From positions 496,001 through 560,000 of the forward strand of contig NIVC01001022.1 of NCBI GenBank assembly GCA_002269645.1: a stretch of 64,000 nt of DNA, in the 5' to 3' direction. Source of the stretch: Macrostomum lignano. Its lineage: Eukaryota. A program made the position numbers and the translations under genes. Every line of letters begins with the position of its first letter. Positions within the stretch are counted from its first letter, which is position 1. Under the pieces are notes generated by a model. The model was given only the letters and a program-made list of their open reading frames with translations, searched no databases and had not been told where the DNA came from. Below are positions 23,985-38,300 of this stretch, piece by piece.

Positions 23985-26046
23985 GATTTTAACAGAATTA
24001 TTGTTTGTTTTTGTGAGTATTACTCTCAGACTCAAGGTTAATAGTATCTTAGATTTAATTTCGAACAATGCCGAAATTTCTGATCATGTTTCCTCCGCAA
24101 AAAATCCTATATATGTTTCAGCAACCAGTAGTTCGCTGTGAGCCGTGTCGTGCTCCCATTGGTCAAAAGGCAAGTATGAAGGATTGAGCTGAATCTACAA
24201 ACGGATGGCTCAGACTTTTGGTAACCTTTTGGGCTGAAGTATTTACGAGTTACCGCTATTTGCTATTTCAATGAATTATAGAGATATTCAATAGGCTTCT
24301 CAACTACGAAATAAGGACCTACTCACCGCCCACCAGTTCTGGTAATCAATCTATGGCGTAATATGAGACCTTGAAGAAAACCATTCTCCACGACTCGAGA
24401 TCTTTTCACGAAAATTATTTAGAATCTTACTTTTTTATCAAAGCGAGTTATTGGTGTCATGTTGACGATGAATAATATGAATTTGTTTTAAACTGTGGAA
24501 AACTTCAATCTATCAGATGGACGGGTGTAGTCTGCTATCTGTATCTGAATCGGTACGACGTTTCCAATTCACCGATTTCAGAGGGCAAGCGTAATAACTT
24601 ATTGACTTTTGCAGCGTTAGCAGTTTTATATATTTTTCGTTGCTAGCTAGCTGGGTTGTAAAATCCAGTTTATTTTGATTCTGTTGTTGGCTTGCAGCAC
24701 GGAATCTTCGTAGTTTATCCTTATGTACGGTTAGCTGCTGTAACACCATTAAGATTGTTCGAAATGAAGTTCGGTGGGGTCTCAGTTCAAGATCTGGAAT
24801 CGAAAAGGTTGCATTTTTATCAAAACTGTTAGACTATCGGATAGACATTAAATGTGCGTGTGATTAGCTAAATAAATTGTTTGTAGGTTACCTGGTTATT
24901 TAAACACCAGAGGTATCAATCCTCTCATACCGATACAGTCATAATTCGATCATCATGCTCGAGTGGGAGATTTTGTAAGAACAAGTCAGTAGCTGTCTCG
25001 ATCTAGTCCAAACTTAAATTCGAAAGTATAGAGTTCAATCAAACATTGCTTTTTCTATTTTAGCTTTGACACTTCGGGGTTAGTTCGGGTTTCGGATTCG
25101 AAATCTCTGGAAGATCTTCGAGATCGGGGTTAAACTAGTTCTCTCAACTATCGTTATTAATCCCTAATATATAGTCAAAAGCAGGGGCGTCGCCACCGGG
25201 GGGACAGGGGGACATGTCCATCTATGTTATGTCTTGCCACCCTACCTTGTGTCCCGTAGTGGGAATAAAAAATTTTGTTTCAGGGCGCCAAAATCTGAGT
25301 GGATTCCTACGGCCGCTCGACGTCAGCGAGACCCACTAATTGTAAGGTCGCCACAACGTCGGGCGACGTCCACCCCTGACGCGAATAAGAAGAATAGCAG
25401 AAAGACATCACACTACTGAAATAGTATAGTTGTTTATTAATGACTCCAAACCATTTTCCGAAGCATGTAATGTTTTAGTATTAACAAGCACGAAGTTATC
25501 TGTTTCCAATATTAATTTTAAGTGGCCATTTGTATTTTTCCATAATATCTTCTTTTTCTCATACATGTAGCTATTGCTTTTCGAATATACTTTACATTGT
25601 TCTCCGAAATTTTCCCATAGTTAACCCCCAGATTTTATAAGTCATGCCAAATATTATACATAAAACTATCATGGTGAATAAGTGATCAAGTGAGCAATTG
25701 AGCAAGAGCACTGATTCAGAGATTCGAGGTCGGAAATCCCTGTCAATGTCATCATCAGTTTTGGAACTTCAGTTTCTGATAAATAAAGGTAAATATCAAC
25801 ATGAAGTATTATTTGAGTTGCCGATGCATTTCGTCCATTTTCATTAGGACATCGTCAGGGTCTTTTGATTGAGAAACAATTTGAACAAATATTTAGTATA
25901 TATAGATAGTTGAGAGTAACAAGAGTAGTTGAATTGAGTTTTTAATTGATGGTTTAAAACTTGTACATAGTAATCAATTTTTGATACAGTATTGGTTGGG
26001 TAAAGTGCATATCAGTTTCAAGCCAGTCCGGTCATTGACAAATCAG

Positions 26047-26628
26047 CTAAAAAATTCTGAGTTGACGGCTAGCCCCACCCATCGCAAGTTGGTTATTTAA
26101 CGTGGGCTGTTTGGTCTTAATGTACAGGGCTTCTAATAGGCAGAGAATGTGATCTCTATTACAAAAATCAATAGCCTTAATCATTTCGTGTGGTTCAGCC
26201 TCACAACAAGAATTGCAGGTTAGCAGGTGTTCGTTAATAGCAGAGTTTTTTAGCCAGTGCTCTCTGACCCTCGTGTATAAGTGTCGTTTAGTTTTTCCTA
26301 TGTAGGAGATGCTCTGGTCCTCAGAGCAAACAAATTTATACACGACACCAGCCGCGAGAGAACGTGGAACACTGGATTTCAACTTGCAGACGAACTTAGC
26401 AATCTTTTCGGTGCGAAACACAACACGGATTTGAGTGTTTAAGTCTTTACGGAGCAGCTTTTCTAACTTCTTTTTAAACTCTATAGAACAAACACCAAAG
26501 TAAGGCAAAGTGATCAAGGGACATTCAGAGGTGGAATCACGAACTTTCATCCGAGTAGGTTCAGTCAGTTTGTCATTGAGAAAAGAGTTGACAATTTTCA
26601 TCACAAAGTTCTTAGGATAACCATTGTT
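26047..26628 (-). mobile_element. 5'-truncated Penelope-like element: open frame with NGYP motif and GIY-YIG endonuclease
   Basis: NNGYPKNFVMK...TLPYFG...GVVYKFVCSEDQSISYIGKTKRHLYTRVREH...EALYIK...PTLN; characteristic PLE C-terminus. Confidence 0.92.
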
Positions 26629-26740
26629 AACCTCAGACTCGAAGTTTCTGAGTCTTCGTTCGAGCTGCTGATGAAGAATTCGCTCCTCTTCTTTGAGGTC
26701 TTCCTCTTCTTGGCCCTACGTTCGATGTCTGTGGGGCTGT

Positions 26741-26903
26741 GGGGTCAAAATGAGTGCCTGCGGCGCCAAAATGAGTGCCTGCGGTGCCAAAATGAGTGCA
26801 TTCGGCGCCAAAATGAGTGCCTGCGGTGCCAAAATGAGTGCATTCGGCGCCAGAATGAGTGCCTGCGGTGCCAAAATGAGTGCATTCGGCGCCAGAATGA
26901 GTG
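26741..26903. repeat. 21-bp repeat (GGCGCCAAAATGAGTGCCTGC) in alternating 42-bp dimers
   Basis: Direct reading; same unit as the array at 59440-60495. Confidence 0.95.
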
Positions 26904-27520
26904 GTAACAACACTGATTCTCAATGTACATTTAGGAATTTAGTAATGTACATGTGGAATCCTTGGCTTCTTCCCACAATAAATACATGGCGACGCCCCTG
27001 GCTAAAAGCACAGCGCTTGGTGACTGCAGCTTGGCTGCAGCCAGTCACAGCCAAAGACACCAAATTTTGAGGGAAACTCAAAAGAAACCAAAGCTGAAGT
27101 TCAGAAAATTACTTTGCATCAAACATGAAATATCATGTCGACAAATTTTATTTAGCATTCAGTTGGTTTTATTAATCACTAGCTCATTTTCAGCTTTCTA
27201 AAACTTATTAATAGATTTAGAAATTTTGAGTCTAACTCTATATGAGGAATAAACAGCGCTGTACCAAAAATCGACCTGAAGAAAATCAGTAGGACCCTAA
27301 GGATTTTAATTATTGCCCATTCAAAGCGGTTCATGGAAAACAGTGTACATTTCGATAATATGAATTCATCAACTTTTACTTTTTTTCGTTTCTATTCTGT
27401 CATTAATACGTTAACTATGAATTTAACAAAATAGGCTGCTTCTTTACAAAAAAAATTCAAAAGTTTGCTAAACCTCCGTACACTACTTATTGGTTAAGTG
27501 ACTTCACCATCTAAAATTGC

Positions 27521-28264
27521 TCAAAACACGCTGAACTTGACCCAGTCGGCGCTCGTCTCGATCTCGGCCTCCACCTGAGCGTCGGTGAACAGCAGCAGGC
27601 GGCAGGCTCTCAGCTTGCTGTTGTACAGCACGTGTCTGCAGTTGCCAGAATTGAAAGCTGACATGACACAAGCCAGCTCGGAGTGAACATTGGTCAGGTC
27701 AGAGTAGCAGTACTCAGTGCTGGCATGGTAGCTGGTTCGCTTGAACGGAATCTGCTTCCACTTAATTGGCGACGAGACAGCACTTGAACTGAACTCACAG
27801 ACGAAGCCACGGGGAATTGAGCACGGGTTGTTTCCCAGCTTGCCTGCGCCACTCCCAGCAGTCTGAAGCATGCAGTTCTCAAAAACTCCCATATTCGGCT
27901 CAGTGAGTGCTTCCCAGATGGAGTCATTCAGCGGAACAATGTCATTGCTGTTGATTCTCTGCCAGCCGGATCTGCTCGAGCCTCTCTCATCGGCCAAGTC
28001 GGTCACTCCAAGCCACAGGCGGCAGTCGCATTTCATGCTCGGCATGCTTCCAAGCAGGTGCAGAGAGCTGTACGAGTTGAGCAGCTCGCCTCCGATCATG
28101 GCGCACTGCCGGTTGGCCTCGCACCAGCTGAAGCTCTGAGCGGTGTTAACGAACACGCACTTGCCGGCCTCGAGGTTGAACGGGGCTGGGCACTGGGCCC
28201 ACACCGACAGCAGCTGGGCGCTCAAGGTGCTAATAAACAAAATTAACCTCAGTTCAGATCCCAT
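27521..28264 (-). CDS. Secreted C-type lectin + PAN/apple-like protein (copy 3), intronless
   Basis: 247-aa ORF; leader MGSELRLILFISTLSAQLLSVWA/Q; EPNMG motif; C-terminal 74 aa nearly identical to copy 2. Confidence 0.93.
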   Translation of the reverse strand: MGSELRLILFISTLSAQLLSVWAQCPAPFNLEAGKCVFVNTAQSFSWCEANRQCAMIGGELLNSYSSLHLLGSMPSMKCDCRLWLGVTDLADERGSSRSGWQRINSNDIVPLNDSIWEALTEPNMGVFENCMLQTAGSGAGKLGNNPCSIPRGFVCEFSSSAVSSPIKWKQIPFKRTSYHASTEYCYSDLTNVHSELACVMSAFNSGNCRHVLYNSKLRACRLLLFTDAQVEAEIETSADWVKFSVF

Positions 28265-29098
28265 CGGCTTGGTTTGGCTTTAGTTGACGCTTCTCGGGGG
28301 CACGACGTTCTATCAAGCTAGCAGAATCTCTTGCAGGCAGAAAACTTGCTTTCTAAAAAGACTTGGGAAACCGTTAGCGCATTGTGAAAGCTAAGACTCT
28401 GTCACTGTTACCCAATTAAAATTTTACAAACTTCCCAATAGACAGACAAGCGGCCCAGCAACAGGTGGCCATTGTTTGCAGCTCTAATTAGCTATTCTTG
28501 TTGGCTGCGAAAAAAGCTTTTGCTCATTATTTCCGTCTTACTCCTGCTTTCAGCAGCCGACACTGTTGGTCTAACTGTTTTCGACTGACGAGGATGTCTT
28601 CCATATTTCCTTCATCATTGCTGCCAATTCTGAGAATTTTTTATGAGGAAGGATGGCTGCCTGAATAACTGCGCATTTGAATCTACCATCAGTGCTTTAA
28701 CCGCACACTGGCATAAGCGCGCATGTTTGATCGACCAGTCAACTTTTCACTTGAAACAATTTGAAAATTTATGCACGAGCTACTTTTACAAACCAATAAT
28801 TCGTACCTGGTTGTCAAACATTTCTATTGTTTATTTTTATTCTGAAAACTTAACCTTACCATGCACCCAAGGTTAAAAAGTTAATTAGTATGCCCCCGGG
28901 ATTGCGGAAAAGTTGTCTAGAAAATATTTACTTCTTACAGCACTGCACCTAAACTACGCAGATTCGTGAGAAAAATTCCAAGTATGGTACACTTTACTAT
29001 AAGTAGTATCGCTGGAATTCGTTTTAGCATTCAAACAAGGGAAAGTCATACAGTACTCATTGCTATTGTTTAGTCGCATGAAAGAGCTTCGATTCTGC

Positions 29099-32496
<3,398 letters not shown>

Positions 32497-35077
32497 TTTA
32501 GAATTATATTCAATAGCTGCCTTGAACAAATGGCTTACCGTGGGCCTACCAGCGACCAGCCTTATATTTCAGTTGATATTATACCGCTTATCTCTGCAAT
32601 CTGAAACCGTGTCTCTTACAGTGTCAGCTTACTATTGGCTTGGATTTACATAAGCTTTTCAGCCGTCTACTATTGACGGTAATCGAAATATAATTTTTAA
32701 CTATAATTTTCAACTACAAAAATAGCAAAAAAAATTTTGTGTAGCTGTGTGTAATTCGCGAGCTAGCCTATCCCAGAAGAGAGAGAGAGCGTCATGCCAG
32801 TCAGGAGGCCACGTCGACGGTGGTTTCGAACTAGCTTTTTCCTACTTAAGGGTGAACACACTATGGCTATTATATGAGTTCAGAAAATGTGAATCGCTTG
32901 TATAGAACGTCCCGAAGGAAGCACTTTATGCCCTGTTCAGCATCTTCTTGCTTTACACGCGATAACATCCAAGTGTCTTATACTAGTAAGTTGTTAGTTT
33001 TTCGTTGTAAGCTAAATATTCGACTAAACTCTATTTATCCTGATGCAAGTAGCCAATTTCGCGATGCGTGTAGCTACCCTAACAGTCATACGCACGACAT
33101 ATATATAATCATAGAACCTTTGGAGCTTCTTAAAATTTGTTGGTCGGCGGGCGACTGATTAAAGGTTGCAAAAGACGTCATTACTTCGAGAAACTTCTTT
33201 TATAAGTTTCCCCATATTGGCGCTAAGTATCGTTTCATTCGTACGAGCTATCTCGCTACTTGTCAGTAAGCTAACAAGCGTACAGATGCAAATATAAAAA
33301 ATGGAATTTAGGGACATAGAGAGGAACACTTGACTATAAAAAATCTGTCCTAAGCGAGTTGCTCACCCGGCAAAATGCATTAGGAAAATCAACAAAAAAC
33401 TTTCCCGTCGTCTCATTGACCCAGCTGTACATGCTTTTAGTGCGGGCCGCTGTCATGGGGATATCTATCCCATGCTCTGGTCAAGAATACTCCGTCCTCT
33501 AATCTCGATCAGTGTTCTCAAAGCTTCGTCTAAAATATGTTTTCCCACCAGGTGCATACATGAAAACGACCTCATATTTTCATTTGTAAAAAAATCTGCT
33601 GAACAAACTTAACGTACTAATGACATATTGCAGTAACTCTACAAAGGAACATTGTGAATCACGTAGTGCCTAACTAGCTGAGACATCTCTTTACAAATGC
33701 GCTTAAGTGCAGTTGTTTGAGCGGAGAGCTCTGCTTTGTCAAAAAAACCCCAACAAGGTCCCCCCGTGCCATCAGCATTCCTCTGATTATTTTCGTGGCT
33801 GTAGGTCTCAAGCTGGCTCCGTGAAACACGCAGTTTACTCAGTTGGTGCAGGCTGCTGATTTTTTTGCGCTCACAGTGCGGTCAAGTGGTCGACACGATA
33901 GCGTGACTGAGTTGTGACAGGCGTCACTCAATCACTTTATTTAACCTGTTGAGTCCATTTAGAATTGGGGCTTGCACTGCATTAAACTGAAGTATGTGTC
34001 ATGCGCAACTTTGCCCGTGTAATGTCTTCTATAAGATCCTTTCTATATTGTGGCACAATGGCTCTTCTCGCCTTTTAATCAAACAATCAGAGAATAGAAG
34101 AGTTTTACTTTTTTTAAAACGACGCGGATTCTACAAATGTACTTTCCCTTGAAAGTGTCTTTCAGTTGTGCTTTGCTTTATTTCCACCAATATATAAGAG
34201 CGGCTGTGCCATATGCGGCATGTTGCAAATATAAAAATTGTATTCATCTGTATGTTACAATTATACACAGGCTATACAAAATATCTAACAGTAAATTTAA
34301 ATTGTCAAGTGCAATTGTCAGAGTCACGTATTCTTCTAAAAGAAACAATAGTGAGTTAGCAAGTGCCCGCATATTAATAATATTGCATTCAGAGTTTCTG
34401 TAGGCTAGCATTTAACGCACTAATCAATCAATTATGACTAAAATTCGTTGATAAAGGTAAACTTTCCGTTATTCGATCCAGTGTCTGCGCACTGACTAGA
34501 GATAACAATTAATTATTAGCAAAACATAATTTAAAAAATATTTCATTTTCCTGTAACAGTGCATTGAATTTCGCTCTAACAGCAGCATTGACAACAAGAA
34601 AGCATCTAAACAATTATTGCTATAAAATCAAGCCGAAGTTCGCGCTCAACTACAAATTCTATATACACCGTTCAGAGATTGAGTGTCTGTTGTTTTTTAT
34701 ACATAACTTTATGAGCAATAATCAATAACCGCATAATTGAAAAATTGGGTCAATTAGGGGACGAACAATGTTGGAAAGAAACGGCAATAATAATTGTAAT
34801 TTCCTAACCAATGTAACCTGTACTATCCAGTAAGTGATTTGCGTATAAATATGGACATGCAACAATACGACTTTAAACGTTACTTTTACATGTACAGGGC
34901 GCAGAAAGAGTCATCGACTCGCATTTACTCGGTAGAACTCGAATGCTTACAAACTGGCCTGTTTATATGAACTTCTGAGCACAAGATCTTAGTGTACTAT
35001 CTTCGACAAGCAACGGACAAGACTACGGCAAATGCACCGTCGAAGCTGTAATGTGCTTTCAAAGTGCAGTTCTTTGC

Positions 35078-35377
35078 TTAGATCATTGTCCCACCAACGG
35101 CGGATTCTGCGGGCTTTGGTTTGAACACCGCATGCTGCTGCTGCTGCTGTTGTTGTTTTTGCTGTCGCAGATCCTCCATGGAGCCGCCGCGTCCAGAATC
35201 GTCAACGCTGGCATCTTCCTCGGAGTGTCGGCGCTCGTGCAGGCAGAGGGTGGCGCCGGCGCCGCCACCAGCAATGGAACTGCCACCGGTTGTGGTGATT
35301 GCCGTCACTTCGGAGCCACCGCCGCCGCCGCCGCTGGAGGCGCCACCGCCCAATGATGAGGATGTCTGCATGTGAAT
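35078..35377 (-). CDS. Probable protocadherin cytoplasmic/terminal exon
   Basis: Phase-0 acceptors at 35377 (ttgcAG) or 35365 (atgcAG) fit the phase-0 donor at 55115. Encodes a Gly/Ser-rich stretch, HSEEDASVDDSGRGGSMEDL (DSGxG-type protocadherin tail motif), polyQ and TAA stop. Linkage to the large exon is inferred. Confidence 0.65.
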   Translation of the reverse strand: MHMQTSSSLGGGASSGGGGGGSEVTAITTTGGSSIAGGGAGATLCLHERRHSEEDASVDDSGRGGSMEDLRQQKQQQQQQQHAVFKPKPAESAVGGTMI

Positions 35378-38300
35378 CTGCAATTTTGTGGCAGTTTCAC
35401 GGCTTTGATTCGGTCCATAATTATAAACTTCATTGTAGCTCGTATGGCGGTTAATTAAAATAACTAAGTTAACGTGTTTTTTCTAAACTGGATTGCTACC
35501 GTCAGCCAAAATTTAATTTCGATTAACTTCGCACGCAAGGTTCCTATAGAACTGCAGTGAGGTGGGGGCAAATTTAACCTCCATGGCAACTAGAGGATAG
35601 CCCTTATACACTGTCTGTTCGCGCCCTTGTCACTAATTTCGGGCACAATGCAACCCATTTCGGAATTTCAGACACTTTTTACGGAAGATGCCCAAATGCG
35701 GCTGCAACAAAGACCAGCGCTAGCTAACACTATAGAGGAAGGTGAAGAGCGCGACCCCCCATCGGTCGGAGTGAATGAGAAAAAAACATTAATGGTGCCG
35801 CCGCCACCGCCCGCCTACTGCGCACAGAAAAGTCAACTCCCAAGGGAAGAGCTGAGACCCCGAAAAAATTCACACCTTCGATGACGGCATGACGCTCTAT
35901 TACAACCCCATTCCAGTTCACACTTCAAATAATATGCAGTCTCGAATGGTTGACCCGCGACTCTTCCCAAATGCATTCTGGCCAGATTCATCAAAGCGTT
36001 TCAAAACTCCCCCGTGCGGTGAAAGGGTTTCGGGCCTTCCCATCCGCAAGGAGGTGTGATGGGAAGTCGGGCCCAGCCTTTGTTTTAACAAACCCCAAAG
36101 TTTGGTCGCTAGGTCAACTGTCGCTTTCCCTCTTTCTGTCTCCGTCTCTGGCCGTTCAATTTTCTCCATTTTCTCGAAGATCTACCAGCCCGTATCACGT
36201 TTGCTTGGAAAGAATTTACGATGCTTTCGGGTTTGGGGACCCCAGGCAGACGGACTGACCCGTTAGCAGGCACAGCCAGACAAATCAGAGATCACTATCT
36301 GCACCCTTGGCACTCTCCCCTGGTCTCCGGCTCTGGTCTCCTTTTGAAAGATTTATTTTTGCGAACGAGAGAGAGACTGCCTGCTGGAAGTGGAAAGTCG
36401 GATGGCGAAGACAGAAGACCGTCGCGGCACCCCACAGTCAACGAGCTTATTATGCAACAACAGCCGCGTGGCAGTCTTAGCAGTTAATTGCCGACAAACA
36501 TTTTGACAACTGTAAATTGCTAAGTTGGTTTGGGGAACGGGCATCAGCAGCCTCAGGTGAAAGAGGCAATGGAATTGAAGCGGCTTGCTGATTGCTACTC
36601 CTGTTAGTTGTCCGTTCCCAGGTTTTCTAGTTCTCCCAGCGACACTTGATTGTCCATCTTAGCGGCGTGCAAAAATGCTGCGCGCACCAAAATACCGAAT
36701 CGCAGCAGTGCAGGATTGAAAAGAATGCTAGGAAAATATGCGTTCAAACCTCGTATGTTATGTTATTGCTGCGGATTCACACAGAAGCCAGGAGCAGATG
36801 GCTGATATCACAAATAGTGAACAGTTCACTACGCTAATGTGGACTGACTATAACCAAGTCGGGAAGTATGAGGAAATGAAAAAAAGTTCGGAATAGTTAG
36901 AGTCTGGTAAAGTTATTTGCTATTCGCCCATTAAATTTTCTAGGTTACCAGCTTAAAGGTACTCGTACACGGGCATCAAAATAAATAATAGACAACATTA
37001 TTTCCACTTTTTTACGAATTATAAAACCGTCTACAGCTTCAACCTTCCAGTGCAGCTTTCTCAATATAATAATAAAAACTGCATATACTCGGCAGGGCAG
37101 AGAGAAAGCTTGTCATGCTGCCACAGGGTAAACACATTTTCAAGTGGGCAATTGAGCCTGTTGGTGACAAACTCAATTGAGAATAAGTTTTGTCTTTGTC
37201 TCTGTCTCTCTCTCTTACTCCTCCTATCAGCCATAATACCGCCAGATCTTAGAAACTTGGTCGGAAGCGAGTCTCTCAATATCGGATAATTTCTGCATAG
37301 AGCAGTGCAAGAAATTACGGGCCATAAAAGACCGACTCTGCCCACCCCCCCCCAATTGGAGCATTTTGAACTGGTTGTCTCGATACAAAGCCTTTGATGA
37401 CCAAATGCAGTTGTAATTTTCTCAAGCTCTAACTATTACATTGCATTACAAGACCCTTGGACGCAATTTTTCGGCGAGCTCTTCTAGAAGAAATTATACT
37501 TTCCCACAACATGCGAACGAACGACTAACGCGGCTCAATACCCCGCAATTTTGTTCGCGAAGGCAAAGAAAAAACCTTCGTTGCTGCATACAAGGCGGGG
37601 CTCAGCATGCCCTGTGCAAATTATTAGACTGAGCTGAGATTGAGCTCACTGGGCACTGCGCCTAGAGATGCTTTAAATTTCAAACAGGCCTCTAAGCAGA
37701 TGTTGTTCGGCCGTCTTTAGAATTACTAAGAACACAAGAAAATGGATAATAAATGCAAAAAAAGCAGACAAGAAGCAACAACGGACTAAATTAAGCAAAA
37801 AAAGCTCGCTTCGCAACAAAGGCTGCAGTGATTGACAGTTTTTACTTATAATTGTTGCCAATTGTGTTGCATGGCAATGAGAGAAACTACATGCACAAGG
37901 ACCCTCGCATTTCAATGGTGCCTCTTCACTCATTAAGTGTTTCGCTTACTAGCTCAGCTGCTAATTGCTTCTCGACTTTCATCTCCGCCAAGCTCCGTTT
38001 AGTTCTTATCTCTTAGGTGTCATCTTGACCTTATCAGGTCAATTAATATTGTGAGGAAACTGAGCTACTGATTGTGCTGGCTTGATTCCCAACGGTTGAT
38101 TGAAACCTTAGGCTATACTTCCATCAGGAGACTTGCTGGACTCGAAAATCATTTAAAAATATGTATCATATCGCCATTTCACCTGGTATAAAAAATCTTG
38201 CTACCAAAATTTGATTAAAATTGAGGGAAGATAAGGTAAGGAAAAATCATAGAAAATTCTCCCCAATGTTGGTTAAGCAAATAGCCAATAGATCGTCCTG

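Larger units (their letters stand above)
25182..27000. mobile_element. Non-autonomous TIR element (hAT-like) with nested Penelope fragment and internal 21-bp array
   Basis: Perfect 14-bp TIR CAGGGGCGTCGCCA / TGGCGACGCCCCTG; flanks GTCAAAAG / GCTAAAAG (6 of 8, hAT-size TSD); subterminal GGCGCCAAAAT motif at ~25283. Confidence 0.7.

Noticed and set aside
23985-24068. N-terminal extension of lectin copy 2 from a TTG start
   Set aside because: Non-ATG start in AT-rich UTR-like sequence; the ATG at 23984 gives a normal signal peptide.
25990-26046. Hammerhead ribozyme downstream of the Penelope ORF (TTGTCAATGACC..GGCTTGAAAC), and CTGATGATGAC at ~25750
   Set aside because: Core nucleotides and stems II/III do not fit; at best a decayed relic.
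26741-26903. CRISPR-like appearance of regularly spaced repeats here and elsewhere
   Set aside because: Units are contiguous with no unique spacers, there are no cas genes, and the context is eukaryotic.
35627-36487. Cluster of short ORFs inside the protocadherin intron
   Set aside because: No domain similarity and no consistent splice sites or codon bias that I could support.
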